Below, piece after piece: positions 17,783 to 26,895 of a stretch of 55,115 bases of DNA. The position numbers and the translations under genes were made by a program. The stretch is from a virus (Duplodnaviria; Caudoviricetes), in the IMG/VR virus record IMGVR_UViG_3300021406_000003, positions 1-55,115 of that record, one strand, 5' to 3'. Below the pieces are notes generated by a model. The model was given only the letters and a program-made list of their open reading frames with translations, made no database searches and was not told the origin of the DNA. The first letter of the stretch is position 1. Each line of letters begins with the position of its first letter.

Positions 17783-18490
17783 GCCTGAGATGCAAGCATC
17801 CAATGGTCTGGATGTCAAGGGCGCAGGCTTCGTAAGCACTTCTTCACGAGCTGCACGCATTCGCTCGGCATTGGCAGCAATCTCGGCTCTTGCGGCTTTG
17901 AGTTTGGCTTTTTTCTCTTGCTCGGCGACCTCGATTGCACGCTGTCGTTCTTCCTCGTCGGCTTTTCTTTTTTCCGCATCTAAAGAGTTATGAGAAAAAG
18001 AAGAGACGGGGGTACGGGGGTTTACCCCTGTCTCGAGACTAGAGATACCTTTAACGCGCGTGAGTCCGTTTTCCGTCCGCTCGTCTGTCCGTTTTCCGTC
18101 CGTTTTTTCGCGAGAATCCTTATTTATCAAGCGTTGCTGCTCATAAGTCTGTCCGTTTTCCGTCCGTTTACCCCCCTTATTCTGTCCGTTTCCCGTCCGT
18201 TTTGAAGGAAAGGCTTGTGGTTCAAGGGTTTGCGAATCAAGCTTAGGAAGCGAGCTTGGAGGGCGTTTCTTTTTGAACCGAACACCTTGGGTTTTGTGTT
18301 TCTTGACAAACTTCTCGAGCCACGCAGAAGCCTGGGCATTCGTAAATGAAGCCCCTGCGTAGCGAGCTATGTCGCGTGTACGCTCCACGAGGTTTACGTC
18401 GCCAGCGTTCTCAAGGGCAAGGTAAATGCCCACAACAAGCTGTTGCGCCTTGAGTTCCTTCGGAGGCTTTTTCCGCCGCTTTATGGGCAC
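17783..18490 (-). CDS. Putative replication initiator-like region, in frame with vWA gene (446-aa continuous ORF)
   Basis: Basic helical N-terminus followed by KRT(E/D/G) repeats encoded by iteron-like DNA repeats. Confidence 0.45.
18064..18199. repeat. Four 16-bp iteron-like direct repeats GTCCGTTT(T/C)CCGTCCG
   Basis: Copies at 18064, 18087, 18151, 18184. Confidence 0.85.
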
Positions 18491-18752
18491 GAGGCAGCCT
18501 GCGTAGCCTGCAATATAGCGGCTAGTGCTACTGGAGTCGTGGGAGGGACTGGCGTCCGTGATGTACTATCGGGCATAGAGCCCTTTCGTTTGGAAGCGAA
18601 GTTCGGCGTTAGAAGGCACCCGTTCGCAGCGGGTGTTTTCGCATTTTCAGGGGGATTGAGCTTGAACGATGAGCTGTCAACCTGAGATGTCGTAGGGTCG
18701 GGCCTTGCGCCCGTGGTATCATCCATGGAGCCTCTTGCTGGAGCAAAGAGTA

Positions 18753-18783
18753 GAAAAACGTGCGCATCGAACGCACGTTTTTC
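18753..18783. promoter_or_regulatory. 12-bp inverted repeat between divergent genes (terminator or operator)
   Basis: GAAAAACGTGCG-7nt-CGCACGTTTTTC. Confidence 0.5.
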
Positions 18784-18891
18784 GTTTTCGAGGGCAGGTA
18801 GTGGGTCCCTCGTACGGATAACCTTTGATTAGCGTCCGCCCTTATTCAAGCTTAGGGGCAAAAGCTTTCACAGGGGCGTATCTCAGAAGAC

Positions 18892-20091
18892 ATGGTTTTC
18901 GCGCTGGTCCTGACGTGCCTCAACGTGGTCGTAAGCAACGTCCCCGGAGGTCTCTCCGTCGACTGCGCGCCGATGCCAAGCCCGAGCCCGATCGTGACGC
19001 CGGTGCCGATTCCAACGCTGCCTCCGACCCCGGCGCCGACGACCGCGGCCCAAGCCGCTCAGGCGTGCGCAAACAGCATCGTGAACGGGCAGCCGTTGCC
19101 TCCGTGCGTTGGCACAAGCTTCTTCCCAGGCACCGGCCCCTACCGGCGCATAATCGCTCCCGGCGCGCAGGCTGACCCGAACTCCGCGGCAATGGTCAAG
19201 GCATACTTTGGGGTAAAAGGGGGTTCAGCCGACATAGTCACAGGGCTGATGTGGCACGTTGGGGCGGCTCAGGCCACATACTCATACGGCCGTCCCCTGT
19301 ATCGTGCCGCGCCATCGGACCCGCTCGTGAACGTCGAGTGCCAGCAGTACTGCGCAATGGGCTCGGCGACGTTACGCATTCCGGCCCATGCGCAGCCCGA
19401 GGGAGGCTCCGATTCGCATTTGTCGGTCTACGAGCCGGACGGAACGCTCTTCGACGCCTGGGAGGCTTCTGGCGGCCCGCAATGGGCATCCATCGTCAAG
19501 GGCACAGCGGGGTCACTCGCGATCTCGACGATCGACGGCACCACATACTCGAGCAACGACATAGCGCCGGGTTTCATGGCGCACGCGGTCACAGCTGGCG
19601 GCATGGTCGGAGTCGCGGGCGTTATCACCCTCGCCGAGCTACAAGCAGGAGCTATCACGCACGAGTTGTATGGGACCGTGCCCTGCGTTGCGTCGAACTG
19701 GTACCCTCCGGCGACGCAAGGCGGGCGCACATGCACCGACGGTCGCCCGGCGATTCCCATGGGAGCGCTGCTTCAGTACGTGCCCGATGGCGCCGCGATC
19801 GCAGCCTCGGGCATGTCCGCGGAGTCGAAGATCATCGCTCTAGCGGCACACACGTACGGTATCCGGATCGCCGACACCGGCGGCAGCTCCGGGCTCTCGA
19901 TCCAAACCGAGAACCAAGCTTCGTTCTGGAGTTACGGCGCCGGCACCGATCCGTTCATCGCGTACGCGCAGGCACACGGGTGGTCGCACGTCACCAACGC
20001 CTCAGCCTCGCCGCCCGTCGACCGCTACATTCACCCACTCACCGATCTCGCGTTACCGGCGAACCTGCGCGTCCTCGCAACCGGAAATTAG
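18892..20091 (+). CDS. Secreted or surface protein of unknown function (moron-like)
   Basis: Hydrophobic N-terminus, Pro/Thr linker, globular domain with GSDSHL, ITHEL and YGIRIADTGG. Confidence 0.8.
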   Translation: MVFALVLTCLNVVVSNVPGGLSVDCAPMPSPSPIVTPVPIPTLPPTPAPTTAAQAAQACANSIVNGQPLPPCVGTSFFPGTGPYRRIIAPGAQADPNSAAMVKAYFGVKGGSADIVTGLMWHVGAAQATYSYGRPLYRAAPSDPLVNVECQQYCAMGSATLRIPAHAQPEGGSDSHLSVYEPDGTLFDAWEASGGPQWASIVKGTAGSLAISTIDGTTYSSNDIAPGFMAHAVTAGGMVGVAGVITLAELQAGAITHELYGTVPCVASNWYPPATQGGRTCTDGRPAIPMGALLQYVPDGAAIAASGMSAESKIIALAAHTYGIRIADTGGSSGLSIQTENQASFWSYGAGTDPFIAYAQAHGWSHVTNASASPPVDRYIHPLTDLALPANLRVLATGN

Positions 20092-20100
20092 TACTCTCGA

Positions 20101-20406
20101 CTATTCGTCGCCATTCAGATCGTGGCAAGCACCGCCGGCAGAGAGCGAGCTTGGGCTGATGAGAGCCATCGGCAGCACGAGCAGATGGCAGCCAATCTGC
20201 ATGACGGCCTCGTACGGTCGCCGTTTGCGCGGGTGCGTTTCGATCCAACGCTCGAAGATGATGCGCTTGCTATCACACTCCACAGTTCCGAACCATACCC
20301 GGTTGATTCCATCATCGCTATCAGCCCATGCGGGGCTTTCGTAGCGCGCTGTTTGGAAGCACTCTGCACGGAGCTTCTCGATCATGGCCGGAGGTGGGGT
20401 GTTCAC
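20101..20406 (-). CDS. Hypothetical protein
   Basis: AGGAGG SD. Confidence 0.6.
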   Translation of the reverse strand: MNTPPPAMIEKLRAECFQTARYESPAWADSDDGINRVWFGTVECDSKRIIFERWIETHPRKRRPYEAVMQIGCHLLVLPMALISPSSLSAGGACHDLNGDE

Positions 20407-20527
20407 GATTGATTCCTCCTACTAAAAAAGGGGGGGGGCAAGGAAGCACGCAAATATGGCCCCGGCAGAGCTCACACTCCGCCGAAGCCGCACACTTCCA
20501 ACCTGAAAGGACCAGGCCAGAGTACCC

Positions 20528-21448
20528 ATGACCACTTCGCTCTCGAACACCAAAACGTCTCCCCAAGCACTCGTCTCCGTTGAGACCATCACGCCCGAAA
20601 TGGCTAAAGAAATGCTGCTACGGAACAAGAACCGCTCGCTCAGACGAGGCTATGTAGCGCAAATAGCAGCTGCAATCGCACGCGGCGAATGGAAAGTTAC
20701 CAATGACGCGATAACCTTTGACCAATATGGGTCGCTCCTCAATGGGCAGCACCGTCTTTGGGCAGTCGTCCTGTCGAATATGCCCATCCAAGCGCTGGTG
20801 CTGCGCAATGCCTCCCAAGAAGCGCAGATCGCGATGGATGTCGGGAAGAATCGGACCTACGGGGATCACATGCAGATCACCGAAGGCGTACGTCATTTCC
20901 AAAACCTCTCGTCATTTCTCAAGCTGTACATGGGCATCGAAAACGCATTCACGGATAGCTCCAAGAAAAGGCCACCCGTCACGGTCCTCGAGCTTGCCCT
21001 CTCTCTGCAAAAAACGGGCCCCAGCTTCGCGCTGTATGACTCCAAACGCGCAGCGCTCGACGGCATACTGACGGCTCTTTCCTTTGGGCGCAAAATCACA
21101 TATACGCGCAAGGAGAAAGAGCGTGCTCTACAGCTCGGATGGACAGGCATATCCGTGGCAGTTTTCCTCACGAGGCGCGCATCTCGCGGCACGATGAACG
21201 ACATCCCGATTTGGGAAAGCGGCGTGGAGACGGGCATCGGCCTCGTGGAGAACGACCCGCGCCTCAAGTTGCGTAACCTGCGCTTGACGATGACACGTTC
21301 TTCGCGGGAGATAAATATGGTGCGCGACGCGCTTGTGTATATCAAGAGCTTTAACGCATGGATTGCGGGTGAGCGCATCAAGATGCTTCACGCTAAGGAA
21401 GACGACTTCTTCGTGCTCCCAACTGGCACGGACCCCTTCGTAGACTAG
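20528..21448 (+). CDS. ParB-like/DGQHR-type N-terminal domain protein
   Basis: ITPEMAKEML..NKNR...GEWKVTNDAITFD..G.LLNGQHRLWAV. Confidence 0.8.
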   Translation: MTTSLSNTKTSPQALVSVETITPEMAKEMLLRNKNRSLRRGYVAQIAAAIARGEWKVTNDAITFDQYGSLLNGQHRLWAVVLSNMPIQALVLRNASQEAQIAMDVGKNRTYGDHMQITEGVRHFQNLSSFLKLYMGIENAFTDSSKKRPPVTVLELALSLQKTGPSFALYDSKRAALDGILTALSFGRKITYTRKEKERALQLGWTGISVAVFLTRRASRGTMNDIPIWESGVETGIGLVENDPRLKLRNLRLTMTRSSREINMVRDALVYIKSFNAWIAGERIKMLHAKEDDFFVLPTGTDPFVD

Positions 21449-21819
21449 GCTTCCCGAGACGCTTCGAGGGCTTCGGTCAGGCTCTCGAAGCGGTTATCCT
21501 CGTCGATAAAATACTTCCTTTTTCTCTTTTCGAATTTCACTAGCAACGGGATAAAACCGGGGGGCATAGGATGTTCCAGTAACTCTGCAAAAACCGCACC
21601 CAACCGCTTGCCCACGCCTCCAATTTCTGCAATGACGTGAGGAAGGCCAGAGTCGAAGGGAGCCAAAGCGATGAGGTCGCCCGCGATCATATTCTCGTCC
21701 TTCCGCTTGCCGCGACGCTGACCCGAGCTGGAAGTTCTCGCGCACCGATACCCCAAGCGCGCGAAGCTGGTCATCACTCCGCCGACACGGGAGGCACCCT
21801 TCTTGGCCGAAGAGCTCAT
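21445..21819 (-). CDS. Hjc-like PD-(D/E)XK protein (resolvase-like, atypical active site)
   Basis: SAKKG...LGY...R..SSG...GDLIA...IAEIG. Confidence 0.55.
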   Translation of the reverse strand: MSSSAKKGASRVGGVMTSFARLGYRCARTSSSGQRRGKRKDENMIAGDLIALAPFDSGLPHVIAEIGGVGKRLGAVFAELLEHPMPPGFIPLLVKFEKRKRKYFIDEDNRFESLTEALEASREA

Positions 21820-21902
21820 GCGCGCTCTCTATATCCCTCGATGACCCATACGAGGCACCACATCCAGGCAAAGAAGCCCAGAACACCAACGACAACGATC
21901 AC
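21816..21902 (-). CDS. 28-aa single-TM peptide
   Basis: MIVVVGVLGFFAWMWCLVWVIEGYRERA; coupled at both ends. Confidence 0.5.
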   Translation of the reverse strand: MIVVVGVLGFFAWMWCLVWVIEGYRERA

Positions 21903-21988
21903 GGCCAGAACAGCGCGCCAACCGAGAAAATGATGAAGAGCCCGAGCCCCAACAGAGCCCAATACAGCGGCTTTCTCTCGATTCTCAC
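21899..21988 (-). CDS. 29-aa single-TM peptide
   Basis: MRIERKPLYWALLGLGLFIIFSVGALFWP; GTGA coupling at both ends. Confidence 0.5.
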   Translation of the reverse strand: MRIERKPLYWALLGLGLFIIFSVGALFWP

Positions 21989-22275
21989 GCGCGCTCCACG
22001 ATAAGATTCGCACGCCGACAGTCGAGCAGATCGCCGTTTTCGTGGCGCACGACCTGGTCGTGGCGCGCGAGCATGATAAGGCGCGACAGTTTGAGTTCGA
22101 ACGGGTACGGTTCACTGCACAGCACGTTGACCACATGCCCCGCAGCATTCACATGCCAATGGAGAGATTCGGCCATCCCACGGTCGCGCCGGTCGATCTT
22201 TACTCCCTCCGGGAGAGCGTGCTGCCGGTACTCCAGATCGACCCACCCCGGCTTCCTCCGTGGCCTAAAGATCAT
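21985..22275 (-). CDS. Degenerate HNH-like protein
   Basis: VVRHENGDLLDCRRANL. Confidence 0.6.
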   Translation of the reverse strand: MIFRPRRKPGWVDLEYRQHALPEGVKIDRRDRGMAESLHWHVNAAGHVVNVLCSEPYPFELKLSRLIMLARHDQVVRHENGDLLDCRRANLIVERA

Positions 22276-22278
22276 GCG

Positions 22279-22587
22279 TCAGTCGTCCCGAGCGCCCTTC
22301 ATGTGGCCGCGCAAAGGCAGCTCCTCGGGCACCGCAGAGGGGCGATGTCCACGACGCGCAAGCTCGCCAACGATCTCGTCTCGCGTAGCCTCGAGCGACT
22401 TCAAAACCTCGCGCTCGGCGCCGAGGACATCTCGCTGAGTCTCGATCGTGGTACAGTAGCGCGCGAGGTCACCCACGAGCTGATCGAGCGATAACTCCAC
22501 AAGCGGCATCTGCTGCATCGCCTGAGCTTTGGCCTTGCGGATGCGTTCTTCTGCGGCTTGCTCAACCGCGTAAATCGTTTTGCTCAC
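22279..22587 (-). CDS. Coiled-coil hypothetical protein
   Basis: GTGA coupling. Confidence 0.6.
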   Translation of the reverse strand: MSKTIYAVEQAAEERIRKAKAQAMQQMPLVELSLDQLVGDLARYCTTIETQRDVLGAEREVLKSLEATRDEIVGELARRGHRPSAVPEELPLRGHMKGARDD

Positions 22588-22889
22588 CGCTCGCTTTCTT
22601 TCTTCTCCTGGCCCGTCAATTCATGCAGATGGAAGCAGTTCGGATGAACATTGATATAAGAAGCTTTCGGAGGCAAGATCATCGCCATCGTTACTTCATC
22701 CGGTACGAGCTGGTATCGCGCTGCGTGAATTTCGCTCCAATCAGGATACCGATGCGGATGGGAGATGCTGAGATGCCACAACGGATCTTGAGCGACGAGC
22801 ACCCTGAGATGAGAGCTTCGGAAGCACCGTGCGCCCGGAGCGAGGTATGCCGCTACGTGGGATGGGATGGCGCACTCGATCCAGTTCAT
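22584..22889 (-). CDS. Conserved phage protein
   Basis: WHLSISH..RYPDW.E...LPP...Y.N.HPNCFHL motif. Confidence 0.75.
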   Translation of the reverse strand: MNWIECAIPSHVAAYLAPGARCFRSSHLRVLVAQDPLWHLSISHPHRYPDWSEIHAARYQLVPDEVTMAMILPPKASYINVHPNCFHLHELTGQEKKESER

Positions 22890-23031
22890 CCTGATGCGCC
22901 CCCCTGCGTTGCCGGCGGCTTGGTCTCCACGAATCCAAGCTGCTCGATGAGCCAAAGCCTGAGCTCTATCTCGCGCTCCCGGAGGAGAGCGGTAAGGGTG
23001 GGGTAGTCGTCAGAATAGTTCACGGCGCGCC

Positions 23032-23247
23032 TCAATTCCAACGACCACTCCCTTCGCCTGCGACAGGAGTCGCACCCTGCTTTTGAAGCGCTGCGTTTAC
23101 GGTCTTTACTTGTCGTAGAGCCTCTTGGCGCTCACGAGGGTCTGTTCCGTCTCTGCGGAACTCGCGTTCATGCTTGAGACCTCGAAGAACGTTGTAGAGG
23201 ATGCTGAGGATATGCATCGCGATCACGAGCCAATAAAGCCACCACAT
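23032..23247 (-). CDS. Small membrane protein
   Basis: N-terminal TM helix. Confidence 0.6.
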   Translation of the reverse strand: MWWLYWLVIAMHILSILYNVLRGLKHEREFRRDGTDPRERQEALRQVKTVNAALQKQGATPVAGEGSGRWN

Positions 23248-23426
23248 TACCGCTCCCCCTCCACCGGAATGCCCTGGGGATTACGCTTGGCCCAGCTCGG
23301 CGCGACGCGGGGCTCCTCGGCAGCCGTGAGGGGCTTCCAGCGGGCGCGCTCGATGCTCTTGACCTCATCCTTCGCTTTCTTCGCGTTCGCCTTGCACCGG
23401 GCTTGGAGATCATCAATATCGCTCAT
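23247..23426 (-). CDS. Hypothetical protein (59 aa)
   Basis: Coupled at both ends. Confidence 0.55.
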   Translation of the reverse strand: MSDIDDLQARCKANAKKAKDEVKSIERARWKPLTAAEEPRVAPSWAKRNPQGIPVEGER

Positions 23427-23704
23427 GGCTTTCCAATTTCTTCATGCGCTCTGCGCACGGCTACCACGGCCTTATAAAGCTCGTATTGCAAACCAAGCGG
23501 CAGCGCCTCGATCTGCTCGGGAGACACCTTCTCCTCAATGAGCGCATCGTTAAATACGCAGATCCCCGCGCACGATATACAGATCGCAACGTCACCCGCT
23601 CTAGGAGTGCCCTCGCCCTCGATGTGAATCGCGCGGTCGTTGATGCGCCCGCAGTACGGACACGCGCTCGGTGTCGTCTCAGACTCCCGCCATTTCTTGT
23701 TCAC
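23423..23704 (-). CDS. Zinc-finger protein
   Basis: CPYCG...CISCAG. Confidence 0.65.
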   Translation of the reverse strand: MNKKWRESETTPSACPYCGRINDRAIHIEGEGTPRAGDVAICISCAGICVFNDALIEEKVSPEQIEALPLGLQYELYKAVVAVRRAHEEIGKP

Positions 23705-23904
23705 GAGAACGGCCCATTCGGCCACTTGGGGCCAGCAACCCAGCACAGACCGTAGAGCGAGAGGTCGAAGCCGCCCGCCGGGACCACGCCACGCGCGAAG
23801 TCTAAGGCGTTACCATCGAACGCTCGAGCAATAGCTGAGTGAAACAGCCACCCATTCGCGACGAGAACGCACAACCAAGCGGATAGCAATACCCATCTCA
23901 GCAT
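23701..23904 (-). CDS. Small membrane protein
   Basis: Hydrophobic N-terminus. Confidence 0.5.
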   Translation of the reverse strand: MLRWVLLSAWLCVLVANGWLFHSAIARAFDGNALDFARGVVPAGGFDLSLYGLCWVAGPKWPNGPFS

Positions 23905-24088
23905 AACGACTGTCCCGATGCCGGTCTCCCGTTGGTGCTCCGACCGTCCCCGCAGCCCTCGCGCGGAAATCGCCCCGTTGGATTCGGGTGCTCCTCGGGC
24001 AGCATGACCCAGCGCCGGAGGCACGCCTCGGACGCCGTGTAGAGCCGCTCGCGGGGAATGGGGCGACCACACCCGCACTCGCAGCGCT

Positions 24089-24505
24089 TTACTTTCGATT
24101 CCACGGCTTGAATCCCAGGAGGTCTTGCATGCTCGGCCATTTGCCAGTGAACGTGATGGCTCGGTCGTCGATTGTGACCATGGCAGAAGGCTTGTGGTCA
24201 GGAAACCCGATCGCATCGAGAACGACTTGAGGAAGGGCGGGATCGCCAGGATGCCAACGGTCACAATGCTCCTCGACATGCTTCTTTAGCCACGCACGCA
24301 TCGCAGAAACGCCTCCAGGTTGGTGTGAGCGTGAGCTATAAATGACGACGTCAAACCGGGATGCAACGACGGTCATGAGAAACGGGATCGCTCCATCCAC
24401 GGGCGGGTCGGGAATCACATCCGCACCTTTCCACCCAGAAACATATGAATTTAGAACTCCGTCAAAGTCCAAGCACAAAATTGGCCTTCGGGAATCGCCT
24501 GGCAT
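24089..24505 (-). CDS. HAD-superfamily phosphatase
   Basis: Motif I DFDGV, motif II YSSR, K-P and IDDR; AAGGAGG SD. Confidence 0.88.
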   Translation of the reverse strand: MPGDSRRPILCLDFDGVLNSYVSGWKGADVIPDPPVDGAIPFLMTVVASRFDVVIYSSRSHQPGGVSAMRAWLKKHVEEHCDRWHPGDPALPQVVLDAIGFPDHKPSAMVTIDDRAITFTGKWPSMQDLLGFKPWNRK

Positions 24506-24555
24506 TAAATGGGTTCCTCCTTGCTTTTGAATGAACCGTTCCATATACTGCATGT

Positions 24556-25029
24556 ATGGAATCCGATGCCCTGGAAATACTGAAAACGATGATGCGATAT
24601 AGCTGCTCCACTCAGGGATATACCCTCGTATCCTGCTTGGAGCATCGCCTCATTATGGCACTCCATTTGAAGCGCCCCCTGGAGACGTACGAAACAGTTC
24701 ATCACAAGAACGGAGACAAGAGGGACAATAGTATAGAAAATCTTGAACTGCTGACCTTTCATGAGCATGCAGAGAGGCATAATTTCATAGGGAAATGGTC
24801 TGAAAGCGAACAAAACCGCAAAGAAAACCACTGGCGATGGCGCAAAAATATCACGGAAGAGATTTTGATTGAATCGTTTAATCGCCTCAGATCTCTTACG
24901 CAAGTAGCGAAAGCGCTCAAAATGCAGCGGAACGCTGTAACCAAGAGGTTCGCCTATTATGGATGGAAGGTCGTTCGCCGTAGAGCACAGGAAGGCCGAG
25001 GATGGAGCAATATCTTGAAGCGGATTTAA
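24556..25029 (+). CDS. HNH homing endonuclease (HNH_3 type), antisense insertion
   Basis: EHRLIM...[16 protein letters not shown]; AT-rich; promoter TTGCTT-17-TATACT. Confidence 0.9.
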   Translation: MESDALEILKTMMRYSCSTQGYTLVSCLEHRLIMALHLKRPLETYETVHHKNGDKRDNSIENLELLTFHEHAERHNFIGKWSESEQNRKENHWRWRKNITEEILIESFNRLRSLTQVAKALKMQRNAVTKRFAYYGWKVVRRRAQEGRGWSNILKRI

Positions 25030-25035
25030 GCACGA

Positions 25036-25074
25036 CACGCCGTCGAAGTCGAGGCAGAGAATGGGTCTGCTCAT
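25036..25074 (-). pseudogene. Orphaned original 5' end of the HAD gene (MSRPILCLDFDGV)
   Basis: 11 aa identical to the HAD N-terminus on the other side of the HNH gene. Confidence 0.75.
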
Positions 25075-25147
25075 CTCACCGCCCGGCAGTGAAGGCATGT
25101 TGCGCACGCCTCGGAGGTCATGCGCCCGCAGTTTGGACAGAGGACGA

Positions 25148-25642
25148 TCATGGCGTATACGCCTTTCTCGGATAATTGCCCATCAGGAACTCATACGCAT
25201 CGCGGTTCCATCTCGCATCTGAAAGCGAATGATGCTCGCCTTTCCCCTGCTCCGGGAGCTTCGGATTTCCTAGATCGTCGCAAAGCTGCTTCACGTCGCG
25301 GCAATACATCGGCCAACCTTTTGGAAGGTCCATCATCGTGCCGAACATCTGGGCGAACACGACCCAATCGTAAGCGCTGTAATATCCCCAGAACTCCGGC
25401 TTGCCGTCGCCGATGAAAGCCCGGACCTCTTCTTTTATGAGAGAAAGGCTTTTCATTTGCTCAACGGGTCCAAGTCGTGGAAGCACGTTTTCCTTGACCC
25501 ACTTATTGCAGAGGCCCGGGCGAAACTCGCCGCTCTCCGCGTAATACTCGCGCCCATCTTGGCAGACGATGCCGATAGAGATGAGCTCGATCGGATGCGA
25601 AGGCCCCGTCTCAGAGAACTCAGTATCGAGGAAATATCTCAC
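25148..25642 (-). CDS. DEDDh 3'-5' exoribonuclease (RNase AS/Rv2179c-like)
   Basis: YFLDTEF, LISIG, YSAYDWV, HHSLSDARW. Confidence 0.9.
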   Translation of the reverse strand: MRYFLDTEFSETGPSHPIELISIGIVCQDGREYYAESGEFRPGLCNKWVKENVLPRLGPVEQMKSLSLIKEEVRAFIGDGKPEFWGYYSAYDWVVFAQMFGTMMDLPKGWPMYCRDVKQLCDDLGNPKLPEQGKGEHHSLSDARWNRDAYEFLMGNYPRKAYTP

Positions 25643-26895
25643 GCCGTCGCCCTCCGCTCGATCTCGGCTAGCACGGCCTTAACGGTCGTGGGCTTGAGCT
25701 CGTGGTGATGCGTTACGTCCTTGATGAGCATCGAGAGCGCGGCGATATTTAAGCCGAGATGCGAGGCGCCCTCCGCGACTTTCCGAGCATCCTCCGGTGA
25801 AGCTGTCCCTTGTATGGCGAACACGAGCACGGCTAGAGGGTCTTCGGCCTTGGTGAGCTCTTGCACGAGGGCATCACCTTGCTTCAAGGCTTCGCCTGTC
25901 GGGGTTTCCTGCGTGCCTGCCCATTGCGGAGCCACCTCGGGCGGAAGACCGAAGTGCTCTCTCGCCGTTTCGATGACAGGTTCGGACTTCGTAAGGAGAT
26001 TGCGTATTTGCTCCGTGCGCGTCTCGCCCTCCGGCTCCTTGCCGATGCTTAGGTCGAACCAATCATCCGGGGAGCTCATCTCATCCTTGAGCGAGGCGTA
26101 AATGCCCCTAAACTTCGCCATAAGCTCCGAGCTCATGGTGTCGTAATTGCGTTGAATCCGGGCCTCGATCATCGCGCGGGTCACGCCGTATTCCTTGAAC
26201 GCCTCGAGGAGCTTACGCAGCGTATCCGGCGTCACGGGGAAGGCATGTTTCATGGTGCGTTCAGCCTGCGCGAGACCCGCCTCTTTCACGTCGCCAGGTA
26301 TGAGCGTGAGGATACACTGGCGCGTCCGGCGCGCGGCCCAATTCGCAACGTGCTCATAGATGTCGCGCTCCTCATTGAGAATCGTTCCGCCCTCAGCCTT
26401 GTCGCGAATATGCGGTACGTCGAACACACGGCTCACCGGCACGTTGGTCTCAAGGTCCCAGGCGAATGACTCCACAATCGTCTTCCCGGCCTTGATCGGG
26501 ATGAGCTTGCCTTGCGCATTCTTTTCACACGTATTCTCGACGCGGTCGATCGTGCGCCACCCAAAGCGGATATTGCCCCACTGTTGCGCCATGACTTCCG
26601 CGGCGCGAATCGAGAGGCCCCGAATCTTGGTGCCGCCACGAGGGTACTCGTAAATCGCCACCTCGGCCAACGCGGGGCGCGTGAAGGCGTCGATGATGCG
26701 CTCCATACTCTGCCGAGGGTTGCGCGGAAAGCGCTGCGCAGCCTCCATCGCAACGAAGACTTCGGCGGCGGCACGGCGAGATTCGACCTCGACGATTCCC
26801 CCGGTATTACCGTTTCCGTTCTGAATTGGCTTCGGCTGTGCGTACGGGTTTTCCACCCGCTGCATCTGCTGTTGCTGGGGAGACTGCTGTTCCAT
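25639..26895 (-). CDS. Putative single-strand annealing recombinase
   Basis: AQRFPR, G.SIR.AE..A..WGN, AWDLETN motifs; near YqaJ exonuclease. Confidence 0.6.
   Translation of the reverse strand: MEQQSPQQQQMQRVENPYAQPKPIQNGNGNTGGIVEVESRRAAAEVFVAMEAAQRFPRNPRQSMERIIDAFTRPALAEVAIYEYPRGGTKIRGLSIRAAEVMAQQWGNIRFGWRTIDRVENTCEKNAQGKLIPIKAGKTIVESFAWDLETNVPVSRVFDVPHIRDKAEGGTILNEERDIYEHVANWAARRTRQCILTLIPGDVKEAGLAQAERTMKHAFPVTPDTLRKLLEAFKEYGVTRAMIEARIQRNYDTMSSELMAKFRGIYASLKDEMSSPDDWFDLSIGKEPEGETRTEQIRNLLTKSEPVIETAREHFGLPPEVAPQWAGTQETPTGEALKQGDALVQELTKAEDPLAVLVFAIQGTASPEDARKVAEGASHLGLNIAALSMLIKDVTHHHELKPTTVKAVLAEIERRATA

Noticed and set aside
18064-18199. CRISPR mini-array
   Set aside because: 16-bp repeats with irregular 7, 48 and 17 bp gaps inside an ORF; no cas genes
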